Shown in pieces: positions 18,654 to 28,781 of a stretch of 64,000 nt of DNA. The notes under the pieces were generated by a model, which was not told where the DNA came from, made no database searches, and saw nothing but the letters and a program-made list of their open reading frames with translations. Location: NCBI GenBank assembly GCA_035510735.1, contig DATKGN010000013.1, forward strand, positions 596-64,595. The letters are read 5' to 3'. Source of the stretch: Patescibacteria group bacterium. GTDB taxonomy: Bacteria > Patescibacteriota > Microgenomatia > UBA10105 > UBA927. Position numbers and translations under genes: made by a program. Position 1 is the stretch's first letter; each line of letters starts with the position of its first letter.

Positions 18654-18659
18654 AGTATA
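18654..18659 (-). promoter_or_regulatory. Putative -10 box, leaderless arrangement
   Basis: TATACT, 6 nt, ATG (18647). No SD. Confidence 0.5.
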
Positions 18660-18685
18660 GCGTATTTGGAGGCTCGGAAGAAATA

Positions 18686-19666
18686 TTATGCATATCCGTT
18701 GGGGTGCATTTTATACCACGCCCATGCGGATTCAATGATCGATTCAAGCGACGCATGTGACGGCTTCCAGCCAAGAAGTTTTCCCGCTTTTCGGTTATCT
18801 GCAAATATAGCATCCGGATCTCCCCAACGGCGCTCTTTGTAGTGGATATCCATCTTTTTACCCGTCACCTTCTCTATTGTGTGCAATATCTCAAGATTCG
18901 AATATCCTTTTCCGACACCCAAATTAACCGTCAATGATACATTATTTTTAATAATAAATTGTGCTGCCTTCAGATGCGCGTCCGCTAAATCCAATACATG
19001 AATATAATCCCGCACACACGTTCCGTCCGGAGTTTTATAATCCTCCCCAAATACGAAAAATGGTTTCCCCGATGCCGCAGATGCGAGTGCAACCGGAATA
19101 ATGTGCGTCTCAACGGGATGAGCTTCTCCTAATGTACCATCAGAGAGAGCTCCGCATGCATTAAAATACCGTAGGTTTGCATGGTGGATACCGTAGATTT
19201 TTTCGTACCAATCGAGAATCTGTTCAAAATTCCGCTTAGAAGCACCATATACGGACGCAGGCGCTATCGGCGACTCTTCGGTAACCGGCAGACTCTCCGG
19301 AAATCCATATACCGCACAGGTTGAAGAAAAAATAATCGTTTTACACCCGTTGCGCCGCATCGCATCAAGGAGATTTAATCCACCGTCAATATTGTTGTGA
19401 AAATACTTAAATGGCTTCTGCATCGACTCCCCCGCCAGAGCAAGCGCCGCAAAATGAATTACCGCGTCAAAGTGATCATTTTCTAACACACGATCAATGG
19501 CATCTTTCGACGTGAGATCTCCGATGACTAATTTTGCGTCACCCACCGCTTCTTTATGGCCTGTACTCATATTGTCAAATATTTGAGTCTCGTGAGACTT
19601 TGACCTCAATAACCAATTAGTAATGGATCCGATGTACCCGGCGCCGCCGGTGATTAAAAACTTCAT
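18686..19666 (-). CDS. galE: UDP-glucose 4-epimerase family
   Basis: TGGAGYIGS, HFAA, FSSTCAVYG, YGASK, LRYFNACGA, GEAHPVETH, DGTCVRDYIHV. Confidence 0.92.
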   Translation of the reverse strand: MKFLITGGAGYIGSITNWLLRSKSHETQIFDNMSTGHKEAVGDAKLVIGDLTSKDAIDRVLENDHFDAVIHFAALALAGESMQKPFKYFHNNIDGGLNLLDAMRRNGCKTIIFSSTCAVYGFPESLPVTEESPIAPASVYGASKRNFEQILDWYEKIYGIHHANLRYFNACGALSDGTLGEAHPVETHIIPVALASAASGKPFFVFGEDYKTPDGTCVRDYIHVLDLADAHLKAAQFIIKNNVSLTVNLGVGKGYSNLEILHTIEKVTGKKMDIHYKERRWGDPDAIFADNRKAGKLLGWKPSHASLESIIESAWAWYKMHPNGYA

Positions 19667-19884
19667 GAGATATTCCTTTGCGTAAATCGTTCACGTAATA
19701 TGTAGGTCAATAAAAATCCTCCGGCATACAAAACCAGTCGCTCACCGGTGAAAAAAACCCACTTCGCATAAAGTGGAATCGCCACAAGAAGACACAGGAG
19801 TCCGGCATAAACGAACCACTTCGGTTTCCTTGCGCTAAATAATATGATGAAGATAACAAAAAATCCCAAATCCTGTATTTTCAT
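19663..19884 (-). CDS. Small membrane protein (73 aa)
   Basis: 2-3 hydrophobic helices. Stop overlaps the galE start (ATGA). Confidence 0.7.
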   Translation of the reverse strand: MKIQDLGFFVIFIILFSARKPKWFVYAGLLCLLVAIPLYAKWVFFTGERLVLYAGGFLLTYILRERFTQRNIS

Positions 19885-19907
19885 ATTCGCGGCTGCATGT
19901 TTTTACG

Positions 19908-20852
19908 CTATTTTCGTAGCGAGTAATAAGCAATTGTTTTTTGCAACCCCACGTCAATCGCAACCTTCGGACGCCACCCGACAAGATCAGTGACTTTGGA
20001 GATATCGGGCTTTCTCTTCACAGGATCATCTTCAGGCAAATTAGTGTGAATAATCTTCGAAGTCGTTTTGGTCATTTCCTGAATTTTCTTCGCTAAATCG
20101 AAAACAGTACATTCCTCGGGGTTTCCGAGATTAATAATCTCACCGTTTGTACGTTCTGAGAACATAATGGCCATAAGCCCGATAACTAAATCCGAAACAA
20201 AACAAAATGAACGTGTTTGTTTTCCGTCACCGTATATAGTCAACGGTTTTTTTTCAAGAGCTTGATTGATAAAATTAGAAATAACCCGACCGTCGTCTCT
20301 CCGCATATTCGGTCCGTACGTATTGAATATCCGGACAATCCGCCCGTCGACCCCTTTATCCCTGACATACAGTTTTGTCATCATTTCCCCGAATCGTTTG
20401 GACTCGTCATAACACGCCCGGATACCAACCGGGTTTACATTACCCCAATAACTTTCCTTCTGCGGATGCTCAAGGGGATTCCCATACACTTCGCTTGTTG
20501 AGCTGAATAAAAATTTAGCCTGATACCCCCGCGCAAACCGGAGAAGATTGCGGGTGCCCACAGAATTAACCAGAGCTGTTTCTTCGTGGTATTTTTGATA
20601 GTCAGGAACCGATGCAGGTGAAGCAAGATGAAATACATAATCAACCTTCGGCAAAATAGGCATTTCTTTTACGACATCCCAGCGGATAAAGGTAAAATTC
20701 GGATTTCTCTTCAATTGCTCAATATTTTTTTCGGACCCTGTGATGAGGTTGTCAACGCAAATTACTGTATAGTTTTTTTCGATAAGTAATTCACACAAAT
20801 GAGATCCGATAAACCCTGCCCCCCCGGTAACCAATGCTGTCTTATTTTCCAT
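19908..20852 (-). CDS. UDP-glucuronate decarboxylase (UDP-xylose synthase)-like SDR
   Basis: GGAGFIGS, HLASPAS, STSEVYG, YWGNVNPVGIRACYDESKR, RIFNTYGP, DGRVISNF, DDP..RKPDI. Confidence 0.88.
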   Translation of the reverse strand: MENKTALVTGGAGFIGSHLCELLIEKNYTVICVDNLITGSEKNIEQLKRNPNFTFIRWDVVKEMPILPKVDYVFHLASPASVPDYQKYHEETALVNSVGTRNLLRFARGYQAKFLFSSTSEVYGNPLEHPQKESYWGNVNPVGIRACYDESKRFGEMMTKLYVRDKGVDGRIVRIFNTYGPNMRRDDGRVISNFINQALEKKPLTIYGDGKQTRSFCFVSDLVIGLMAIMFSERTNGEIINLGNPEECTVFDLAKKIQEMTKTTSKIIHTNLPEDDPVKRKPDISKVTDLVGWRPKVAIDVGLQKTIAYYSLRK

Positions 20853-20858
20853 GATTCT

Positions 20859-20867
20859 ATTCTATCA
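20859..20867 (-). promoter_or_regulatory. Putative extended -10 promoter, leaderless arrangement
   Basis: TGaTAGAAT, 6 nt, ATG (20852). Confidence 0.55.
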
Positions 20868-20909
20868 GATTACACCGCATACTGACATAATTTTTTGCGC
20901 GAATTACTA

Positions 20910-22778
20910 TTAAATAGAAAACACTATAACGTCACCGTTTTCAAAAACCTTCCGTAAATACTGTTGGAACAGTTGAACATTGATTGTATATCGAAAATCC
21001 GGGGAGGGTTTTTTTGGTACAACAATATAGCTGACATTGTATTGTTCCATTAATACCCCATCGTCTTTCGGCTGCTCAAACATCAATTTCACAACATGAG
21101 AACGGTCAGGAGTAAGTGTATTCTGAAAAAATCCGTAAAAATTCCTTCTTCCGGCAAGTACCACCGGATCAAAAATGTCGGGATTCTCGACAAATACAGC
21201 ACGCTGTGAAGTTGAATTACGTATCCACTCGATAAATGTATTCTGCGGCGCATCTGTGACAGGATACCCAAAATCATTTTTTATCACCATAAGGTCAATC
21301 ACGCCGGATATCGTTAAAAATAGGATAAATATAACAGCAAACCCACGTAGGACTGTATTTTTCTTTCGCCACATGTAATAAATTAAATATGATGAAATAA
21401 TATTGGCAAATATGACGGTGTAGTTTCCGAATTTTTGATCGATATCAAATACAAACAATACCTTCGCGAGAATCCCGACAATAAACATGACAAGACCCGT
21501 TGCGAAAAATATCCTATATTGCCGGGGCATCACAAACAATCCGATCGGAACACTGAAGAGCAATATACCGTAATTATAAATAATATAGAGCAAAATGGGC
21601 ACATGCGTCGTTGGCAGCGGTATACTACTGCGCACCGCTGGGGTTATATACACCATCGCAGCCCGTACCCACGTCATAAGCGTCGGCACAGAACATATCA
21701 AAGAAGCAATAATATAAACAACGAACTGACGATATTTTCTATTTATTAATAACAGAATTCCGACAGTTCCAAGCAGTATGCCAAACATCACAATATGCCA
21801 AAACGCCAATAGACCCGTAAGTATTCCGACAATCATTAAATCAATCATTGACCATGTCTTCTTTTTGCACTCCTGAAATACAACCAAACCGACGAGGAGG
21901 GCAATCGCAATTCCCAGCGCAAGATGACGTTGATTAACAAAGACATTGAGCGTCCAATAAATAGAAATAGGCGATCCGTCAAACGGCCCCGCAAAAAAAT
22001 ATTTCGGAAGCCGCCAGAGTATTTTTAGCGCATGTATTGAAACTCCGTATTTTTCAAAGAAAAAAATAAATGTCAGCGTGCTGTGTAAGATCGTAAAGAG
22101 AACCGCGAAAAGTCCGACAATTTTAGGCGCTTTCGTTAGCACGCGCGGAATAAAATAGATAACCACAAGAAGGCATGCGTATGTTAAGGCGCTTGGTATA
22201 TTCACGGCCCACACGATCGGTACCCCAAGATGTTCGTACATACCGACCCAAAAATAGAACATAAAATGATACACGTGAACGGCATTTGCTACAAACGGAG
22301 AGAGAAACGGAAGATTATTCCCCCATGAAAAGGATCTGACGATCGAAAGCGCGTGACCGAAATCAAATACTTCATTGCTACCGATTAATAAAACCGACCC
22401 GGTCCCCATTCGAAAAGATTTAAACATTAACCAAAATGAAAATATGAGGGAGAATAACAAAACCGTCATATCAAAACGCTCCTTCAATGCACTCCGTATT
22501 TCCTTTTTTATTCCGACTAAACACGATTTCCAGCGCAACAGAAAGTACAGAAATATCAAGAAGGAATAACTCAGGGACGCTACGAAAATCCGATCCAAAC
22601 TACGCGGCAGAAGACTTGCAAGCACATAAGCTAGTGATACTGAAACTACCGTTCCAATAAGAAAAGCCGCCACAAAACGAAATAGAGCAAACGGCAATGC
22701 TGATTTCCATCGGTTAACAAGAACATACCCGCTTACGATTGACGCAATAGAAAATAATAATAGAATCGCTTGATGCAT
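20910..22778 (-). CDS. Polytopic membrane protein, GT-C-like
   Basis: 12 or more TM helices. Loop with D...H....RSF..G.N.P and YHFMFY. Soluble C-terminal domain (LAGRR...G, YIVV). Confidence 0.6.
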   Translation of the reverse strand: MHQAILLLFSIASIVSGYVLVNRWKSALPFALFRFVAAFLIGTVVSVSLAYVLASLLPRSLDRIFVASLSYSFLIFLYFLLRWKSCLVGIKKEIRSALKERFDMTVLLFSLIFSFWLMFKSFRMGTGSVLLIGSNEVFDFGHALSIVRSFSWGNNLPFLSPFVANAVHVYHFMFYFWVGMYEHLGVPIVWAVNIPSALTYACLLVVIYFIPRVLTKAPKIVGLFAVLFTILHSTLTFIFFFEKYGVSIHALKILWRLPKYFFAGPFDGSPISIYWTLNVFVNQRHLALGIAIALLVGLVVFQECKKKTWSMIDLMIVGILTGLLAFWHIVMFGILLGTVGILLLINRKYRQFVVYIIASLICSVPTLMTWVRAAMVYITPAVRSSIPLPTTHVPILLYIIYNYGILLFSVPIGLFVMPRQYRIFFATGLVMFIVGILAKVLFVFDIDQKFGNYTVIFANIISSYLIYYMWRKKNTVLRGFAVIFILFLTISGVIDLMVIKNDFGYPVTDAPQNTFIEWIRNSTSQRAVFVENPDIFDPVVLAGRRNFYGFFQNTLTPDRSHVVKLMFEQPKDDGVLMEQYNVSYIVVPKKPSPDFRYTINVQLFQQYLRKVFENGDVIVFSI

Positions 22779-22780
22779 AG

Positions 22781-24721
22781 TTATAATTTTTTTCTCGTGA
22801 TGAAAATGAGTACGCTCACTAACACAATCGAAACGATACTAACAATGCTCAAAAAATTCACCGCGCGCGAAGGAGAATATTGGAGTATTAAATCATCTGA
22901 CACCACAGGAGATAACGAATAACGTATCATACCCAAAGTTGTTTTTTCTGGCTTAACTACCATCTTACCAACACGTAAGATCCATCCGGGGTCATATGCC
23001 ATTTGAAAATTAATCGTATTGATCACCGTTGTCGTTTTAGGTATTACGATCATCCCCTTAGGAGTAACGGAAAATATCACGGATTCGTTTTCCGGTCCGG
23101 CTGTTATCAGGGCGTCATACATTGTATTCTCATAAACAGATAACGACGTAAAACCTTTCAGTCGTCTGAGAGAACTTTTATCAATGGCAGTAATGAGTTC
23201 ATCCCGTAGGTGTTTATCAAAAACGTATTGCGTTTGGAAAATTCGTTTCTCGTAATCCGCAGGCACCACGATATACCGAATGGAGTAACTACCGAGTATT
23301 TGGGTAAAATCCGGCTTTCTGACCATCAATATAACAGCCGATAGTGAACTGTTGGGAAAAAGACTCGTGCCGTCAATCACAGGATGCATCATGTCTGCAT
23401 ACCCGAGCCGCTCCGGTTGCGGCAACCATAACGTGCGGGAAAATCTACTATCATGTTGAATTAGATTCATGAATTGTTGATAATCAGACGGAACCGGCTG
23501 GGGACGAAAATTCCCCGTCAACTGCCCCAAAAATAATTGACGGATAAGAATACCCCAGAACAACAGAAATAAAACAATCACAACATAGTTAAGATGAACT
23601 CGAACGGCCTCCTTTTTTGTTAATCGCGAAACGGTCTCACTAACGTTTGTTAACGTATAAGGAATGAGAATTGCATAAGACAGTGCGACGAATAAATAAA
23701 ATTTCGTCGGATCCCGGTATAAAACAAATCCGGGTATATGGAGAAAACTCCAGGCATAAATGCCACCCAAAGGACCATTTTCTCCCGACGAGAGAAATGC
23801 TCCAATAAGTCCAATAAGTGAAAAGAATAATATCCGCGTTCTATTCTTTATGGTTTGACGGTTTAAAAAAACGAGCGACGCAAAAGCGATAAATGGAAGA
23901 AACAAATACTCGGGTTGTAGAAAATATACTTTTCCAAAAATATTATCCGGCCAATTCGGATGAAGAAGCGATAAGGCATGACTAAAATCTGCGGAACTTA
24001 AAAACTTCACAATGCCGCCACCAGAATATTGGCCATTATCGGTGATGACGCTGCCCGGATACATAACCGATGGCACTATCCAAAAAGCATGAATAACCGC
24101 CGCAACGATTCCCGCAATTCCCAGACGGATATACGTTTCAAATGCTAGAAATAATGATGGTTTAGTAAAAAATGCATAAACAATGACAACTCCAACCGCC
24201 AAAATAGCCATTCGCAAATCGAAAGCCACAAGGAGCGTAATCCACAGCCCGTCTATAAGTGACTGCCGTATCCATTCGGATTTTAGTGGTTTATGATTCC
24301 CCCACCCATCAATCCATTCCATCGCCCGGTTCAAAAATAGCGGCACGGCGGCAAATCCCACTGACACGCCGAATTGCCCGCCTCCGAATAGCATCAAAAG
24401 GTAAGTATTGGATGCATAAATAATTGCGGATACCGCTATCAATAGTTTAGACTGAAAAAACCGACTAGCCAAAACTGAGGCGCAATAGACAGCTATAATG
24501 AAAACGGATATCCAAAGTATTTTGTCTATCGCGACCCATTCCAACCCCGCACTATGAAATAATTTAATGATGCTGGACACCCACGACTCATACCATAAAC
24601 GATTAATGTTACTCTCCCCTAAGTTCTTCGCCCAATTCCAGGCTTGTGGCAACCAAGAGAGTTGATTTAAATTGGAGGGATAATAGAACGGTCCGTCTCC
24701 AGATGCAAAAAAAACGTTCAT
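22781..24721 (-). CDS. Polytopic membrane protein, GT-C-like (AftD/YfhO-like architecture)
   Basis: N-terminal SGD, YRDPTKF motif, extracellular C-domain with YDPGW, terminal TM. Confidence 0.6.
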   Translation of the reverse strand: MNVFFASGDGPFYYPSNLNQLSWLPQAWNWAKNLGESNINRLWYESWVSSIIKLFHSAGLEWVAIDKILWISVFIIAVYCASVLASRFFQSKLLIAVSAIIYASNTYLLMLFGGGQFGVSVGFAAVPLFLNRAMEWIDGWGNHKPLKSEWIRQSLIDGLWITLLVAFDLRMAILAVGVVIVYAFFTKPSLFLAFETYIRLGIAGIVAAVIHAFWIVPSVMYPGSVITDNGQYSGGGIVKFLSSADFSHALSLLHPNWPDNIFGKVYFLQPEYLFLPFIAFASLVFLNRQTIKNRTRILFFSLIGLIGAFLSSGENGPLGGIYAWSFLHIPGFVLYRDPTKFYLFVALSYAILIPYTLTNVSETVSRLTKKEAVRVHLNYVVIVLFLLFWGILIRQLFLGQLTGNFRPQPVPSDYQQFMNLIQHDSRFSRTLWLPQPERLGYADMMHPVIDGTSLFPNSSLSAVILMVRKPDFTQILGSYSIRYIVVPADYEKRIFQTQYVFDKHLRDELITAIDKSSLRRLKGFTSLSVYENTMYDALITAGPENESVIFSVTPKGMIVIPKTTTVINTINFQMAYDPGWILRVGKMVVKPEKTTLGMIRYSLSPVVSDDLILQYSPSRAVNFLSIVSIVSIVLVSVLIFITRKKL

Positions 24722-24761
24722 ATAGTTGTGCTATTTAGCATATTTTTCCAATCCTTTTCGT

Positions 24762-25739
24762 TCATGTTTTTTGACCGGCCCTAGATTCATTATAGAGCAA
24801 CAATAACCCAACGATTGTATAGAAAAATGTGATAATTGCGCTCCTACTTGCTACATCTTCCATATGGGTTAACAACCACAATGGGGACAAAAATAACAAT
24901 ACGAGCGCTATGCCAAAAATATGTGACGAAGAGATACGAAATCTTTGAGCAACTATATATGTCATAAGTGCCAAAAAGATAACAATGTCAGATTGCATAA
25001 GAACCGGTTGAATAACATAGACTACTACCATAGTTGCTATCATTATATGAGGAAGTATTGTTCGCATTAATACCATCCGCTCCATAGTATTCCGAAACAG
25101 TATTTCGACAAGATACAGTACGGCCGGGACCAAGAAAACCATGAGATAGGCGAGATAATTAATGTTGAGAAACAAATTTTCTGACTTTGTTAATGCAAAC
25201 TGAAGAATGCTCTTCTTTGATTGAATAACAGTATGCCTGTCAAACGTATACCGTGAGAAAAAATACTGTCTATTCTTAAGAAACCCTATGGCATTATTCG
25301 GTATCCCATTAACCGAATAAATCTCAAATTCATAGATTTTACCCTTGGAGTTTTTTATTACGGGAAATCCAAAAGGATACGGTTCGTTATCGGGGAATCT
25401 GTCTGTAAAATATTTATTAAAACAATACCAATCCTTCGAACCCTTTTCCTTAAGTTGAAAAACAATTATATCATTATTAATTCTGTTAAATGTCGTCACC
25501 GGTACTGCAATTGCGCCGAGGTTGTCCTCATGAGCAATAAATTCCCCATAGATCAGGTCACCTTTATATAGTTCCGGATGTGAAGAGAATTGCATTTGGG
25601 CTATCGTGTGATCATATTGAAGAGTCGTCACACTAACTTCCCGATAATAATATATCGACAAGCCGGTACCTATAAGAATCAATAGGAGAGGAATTACAAA
25701 TATCGTAAACAACTTAATGATAAAATTATTGTTTTTCAT
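24762..25739 (-). CDS. Hypothetical membrane protein with an extracytoplasmic domain
   Basis: N-terminal TM, ~160-aa soluble domain, ~5 C-terminal TMs. Confidence 0.7.
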   Translation of the reverse strand: MKNNNFIIKLFTIFVIPLLLILIGTGLSIYYYREVSVTTLQYDHTIAQMQFSSHPELYKGDLIYGEFIAHEDNLGAIAVPVTTFNRINNDIIVFQLKEKGSKDWYCFNKYFTDRFPDNEPYPFGFPVIKNSKGKIYEFEIYSVNGIPNNAIGFLKNRQYFFSRYTFDRHTVIQSKKSILQFALTKSENLFLNINYLAYLMVFLVPAVLYLVEILFRNTMERMVLMRTILPHIMIATMVVVYVIQPVLMQSDIVIFLALMTYIVAQRFRISSSHIFGIALVLLFLSPLWLLTHMEDVASRSAIITFFYTIVGLLLLYNESRAGQKT

Positions 25740-28006
25740 ATGGCATTACGTCGGAATATGACAAATCTTACTATTCCCATAATCACCAAATATCCTGCAA
25801 TACCTATCCAAAATACAACACTCACTTCGTTAATAAATTGGACGTATTTTTGAACATGAAAGTAAATACGCAGATGAATTTGTTTTTGACCGTTAACCGT
25901 CTCTAAGGTCTTAGGATAAGCCTGCACAATCTTTGGAAGTTCAAACGACCACCCGTTCCCAAAACGGTAAATCATAAAGTGAGTCGCGTTATTAACTGTG
26001 TATTCATGGCCTTGAGAATCAACGGCAAATAGATCCCATGAACCGTCAAACGGCTCTAAGAAAGCCAAATTTGTTCTACCCTCTTTAAAGTGAATGGTAA
26101 TGTCGTATTGGTAGGGATAAGATTTTTGAATTGCTGGAACTGCGATGTCAGCGGGGATTGATTGTGTATTGTTGGTCAAAAATATTTTATCGGTCGTGAA
26201 TCGTTTATTTATCGAATACAGCGAATATCGGGTACCGAAATCCTTAATTTTATCTCCGAGAATTAATTTATTATACGCTGGTTTTTGGGCATCGATCGTG
26301 CCTTCAAAGTTAAGGTGATCATACGCCGCTTTCGGTAATGAATATCGTGAAACGATTATATATTTTACGCTCATGCGTTGTAATATCTCTCCGATTTTTT
26401 CGTATTGGCCGTTATGAAGATATCCGAGCATCTGAAAATTTAAGTCCGGATCAGCTGTTGTCGCGAAACTCTGGAATCCTGCGAAATCTGAAATACCAGC
26501 CAAAAATTGCATCGGTGAGGCGCCGTAATAATAATGTCCCGGATTCTCTTTATCCTCGATAACCACATAACTGGCAAAATTGAGAGGAAGCCAGGCAAAC
26601 CGTGACGGTTCATGCATCGAACGGACATACGATATGAGGTTCATAAAATCTGGGTTGAAATTGCCGGAAATATTTTGATACGTGTCATCTGTGAGTGTCG
26701 GCGGAAAAAAATAATTCCTCGCAGACCAAATTGTTGTAAAAAATAATAATACTATTAACAAGTTCATGATGTGTTTCTTTTTAATCGTTTTGACAAGGAC
26801 AACGAGTGACATACAGAGCGCAAATGCGAATTGAAAGCTTACGGCTATGCCGAATTTGTCATACATATTTCGGAACATTGCAAACAACGGAATATGGTTG
26901 TTGAAAAAAGTAAATATCGCAACGTTCCAATCTCCGAAGTTGGGTGTGACGAGAGCGAAACTGAACAATAATCCGGCGACAGACAGGACATACGAAGGGA
27001 TGTATTTCCTAATTTTTCGTATACGAATGCCCGCAAGTAGAATTACGGCAAAATAGAGAACTCCGTACGACTGGGCAAAATCCATATTGTTTCGCTCATC
27101 CCACGAGGAGCGTATATAGGCTGATAGTTGGTTAATGGGGTCATTGAGATGCGACAATGATTGAATAAGATCAACGTTATTCGCTTTGATGACGGAAGAA
27201 GATACCGACGCGATCACGGAAGAACCTCCGGTATGGGCGACAAGCGGGTAAACTTGATGAAATAGCCAATAAAAATTTAACCCGGCTACCAAAACGAAAA
27301 AGATCAACGTCATTTTAACGAAAGAGGAGAAGTAGTTCTTAATGAGTATGATGAAAATTGGTATAGAGGCAAACGCCATGGCGCCAAACCAGGGCAACGT
27401 CAAAAAAGTGGAACTAAATGCCGAATAAACTACTGCCGAAAGAACGACATGATAGACTTTATTCTCCTTGACTGCCCTGATAAATAAATAAAAGACAGCG
27501 GGAAAAATAGAAATCATATAGATTGCTAACAGTTGCGCGGAAAAAACCGTTTTTATGACAAACAAAGAGAGAATGTAAAATAATGAAGAAACAAACCGTG
27601 CGGAAAATACACCTGCGCCCTTCTCATTTTCCTGTGTCCACAACCCGGTAAAAAGATAAAAGAACAAAAACCCGCCCGCGAGGTTTGCTCCGTACATGAG
27701 AAGCTGCGTATTAATATAGGGAGCCACATGTTTTAATCCCGAAATAATCAACAGTACCGGGATAAAGAAGCTCACTGATTCATAACCACCGTTAGTCCCT
27801 AATGTATTATTCGATACGATGTTACCGACAAAATTCCGCAGCATTTCTCCTGGGAAAATATAGTAGAGGCGTGTATCATCTCCACCGACATCATAAAATC
27901 CATGTAATCTAATAAAAGGGACAAAGACTAAACAAATTGAAGTTATAATGACGAGTTTATTTCTGTTAAGGAAATGAATCAGAGTAGTAATAAAATTTTT
28001 TGGCAT
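25736..28006 (-). CDS. Polytopic membrane protein, GT-C-like (AftD-like N-terminal domain)
   Basis: GGDD after TM1. FRNMYDKF resembles the RN.HK motif of AftD-type enzymes. Large C-terminal soluble domain. Confidence 0.6.
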   Translation of the reverse strand: MPKNFITTLIHFLNRNKLVIITSICLVFVPFIRLHGFYDVGGDDTRLYYIFPGEMLRNFVGNIVSNNTLGTNGGYESVSFFIPVLLIISGLKHVAPYINTQLLMYGANLAGGFLFFYLFTGLWTQENEKGAGVFSARFVSSLFYILSLFVIKTVFSAQLLAIYMISIFPAVFYLFIRAVKENKVYHVVLSAVVYSAFSSTFLTLPWFGAMAFASIPIFIILIKNYFSSFVKMTLIFFVLVAGLNFYWLFHQVYPLVAHTGGSSVIASVSSSVIKANNVDLIQSLSHLNDPINQLSAYIRSSWDERNNMDFAQSYGVLYFAVILLAGIRIRKIRKYIPSYVLSVAGLLFSFALVTPNFGDWNVAIFTFFNNHIPLFAMFRNMYDKFGIAVSFQFAFALCMSLVVLVKTIKKKHIMNLLIVLLFFTTIWSARNYFFPPTLTDDTYQNISGNFNPDFMNLISYVRSMHEPSRFAWLPLNFASYVVIEDKENPGHYYYGASPMQFLAGISDFAGFQSFATTADPDLNFQMLGYLHNGQYEKIGEILQRMSVKYIIVSRYSLPKAAYDHLNFEGTIDAQKPAYNKLILGDKIKDFGTRYSLYSINKRFTTDKIFLTNNTQSIPADIAVPAIQKSYPYQYDITIHFKEGRTNLAFLEPFDGSWDLFAVDSQGHEYTVNNATHFMIYRFGNGWSFELPKIVQAYPKTLETVNGQKQIHLRIYFHVQKYVQFINEVSVVFWIGIAGYLVIMGIVRFVIFRRNAI

Positions 28007-28051
28007 AAATCACAGTTATGTTTTTGTAGCTGATTATAATAAATACAACAT

Positions 28052-28723
28052 TTATTTATATCCAACGCACATAAGATTTACAGACACTGAGGGAAGCATA
28101 ACGCCTAATATCCGACTTCTTATAAGTCCAATATTAAATTTGTCACCGATAGTGTGAATTGATAAAAATTTATTGACTTTTAGCTGACTCTCAAGAGTGG
28201 ATTGTGTGTAATACCGTATATGTCCAACGGATGGCAACCCGTTTGTAGTTAGATGGGGAGAATACTCTAAATATGGTGATACACCAAAAAGAAGCATCAA
28301 TCGCCGACCTATAGAAGCGACATTTGGAGTTGTTACTATCAATTTCCCTCTCTTTTTTAATAATCGATAACTTTCTTTTAATAACGCATCTGTGTCAAAT
28401 ACGTGTTCAATAATATCACCTAAGATTACGACATCGAACATGTTTTCTTTAAACGGCATCCTGCCAGATTCAATATCATGGTAATATGCCTTAATCCCGG
28501 CCTCTTTCGCCTTCAATAAATTATTTTTGACTATATCAACTCCGTATACAATATTAGAATTCGCCAGCAGCTTTTTGCTTATAAACCCATCATTACACCC
28601 CACGTCCAACACTGTCTTATGCTCTCCTGTTTCCTTAATTAAAAACTCAATTTTTTCATTATAATATCCACCAGTTTCTCTTTTATCCTCTACTACAGAA
28701 TCATAAAATAGGTCGTTTTTCAT
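28052..28723 (-). CDS. Class I SAM-dependent methyltransferase
   Basis: VLDVGCNDG, FDVVILGDIIEH, TTPN, HIRYY. Confidence 0.9.
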   Translation of the reverse strand: MKNDLFYDSVVEDKRETGGYYNEKIEFLIKETGEHKTVLDVGCNDGFISKKLLANSNIVYGVDIVKNNLLKAKEAGIKAYYHDIESGRMPFKENMFDVVILGDIIEHVFDTDALLKESYRLLKKRGKLIVTTPNVASIGRRLMLLFGVSPYLEYSPHLTTNGLPSVGHIRYYTQSTLESQLKVNKFLSIHTIGDKFNIGLIRSRILGVMLPSVSVNLMCVGYK

Positions 28724-28781
28724 AATAATCTGCTAAATTGCTGGATACAATACCGAATATACCAGAGATTATAACTTATTT

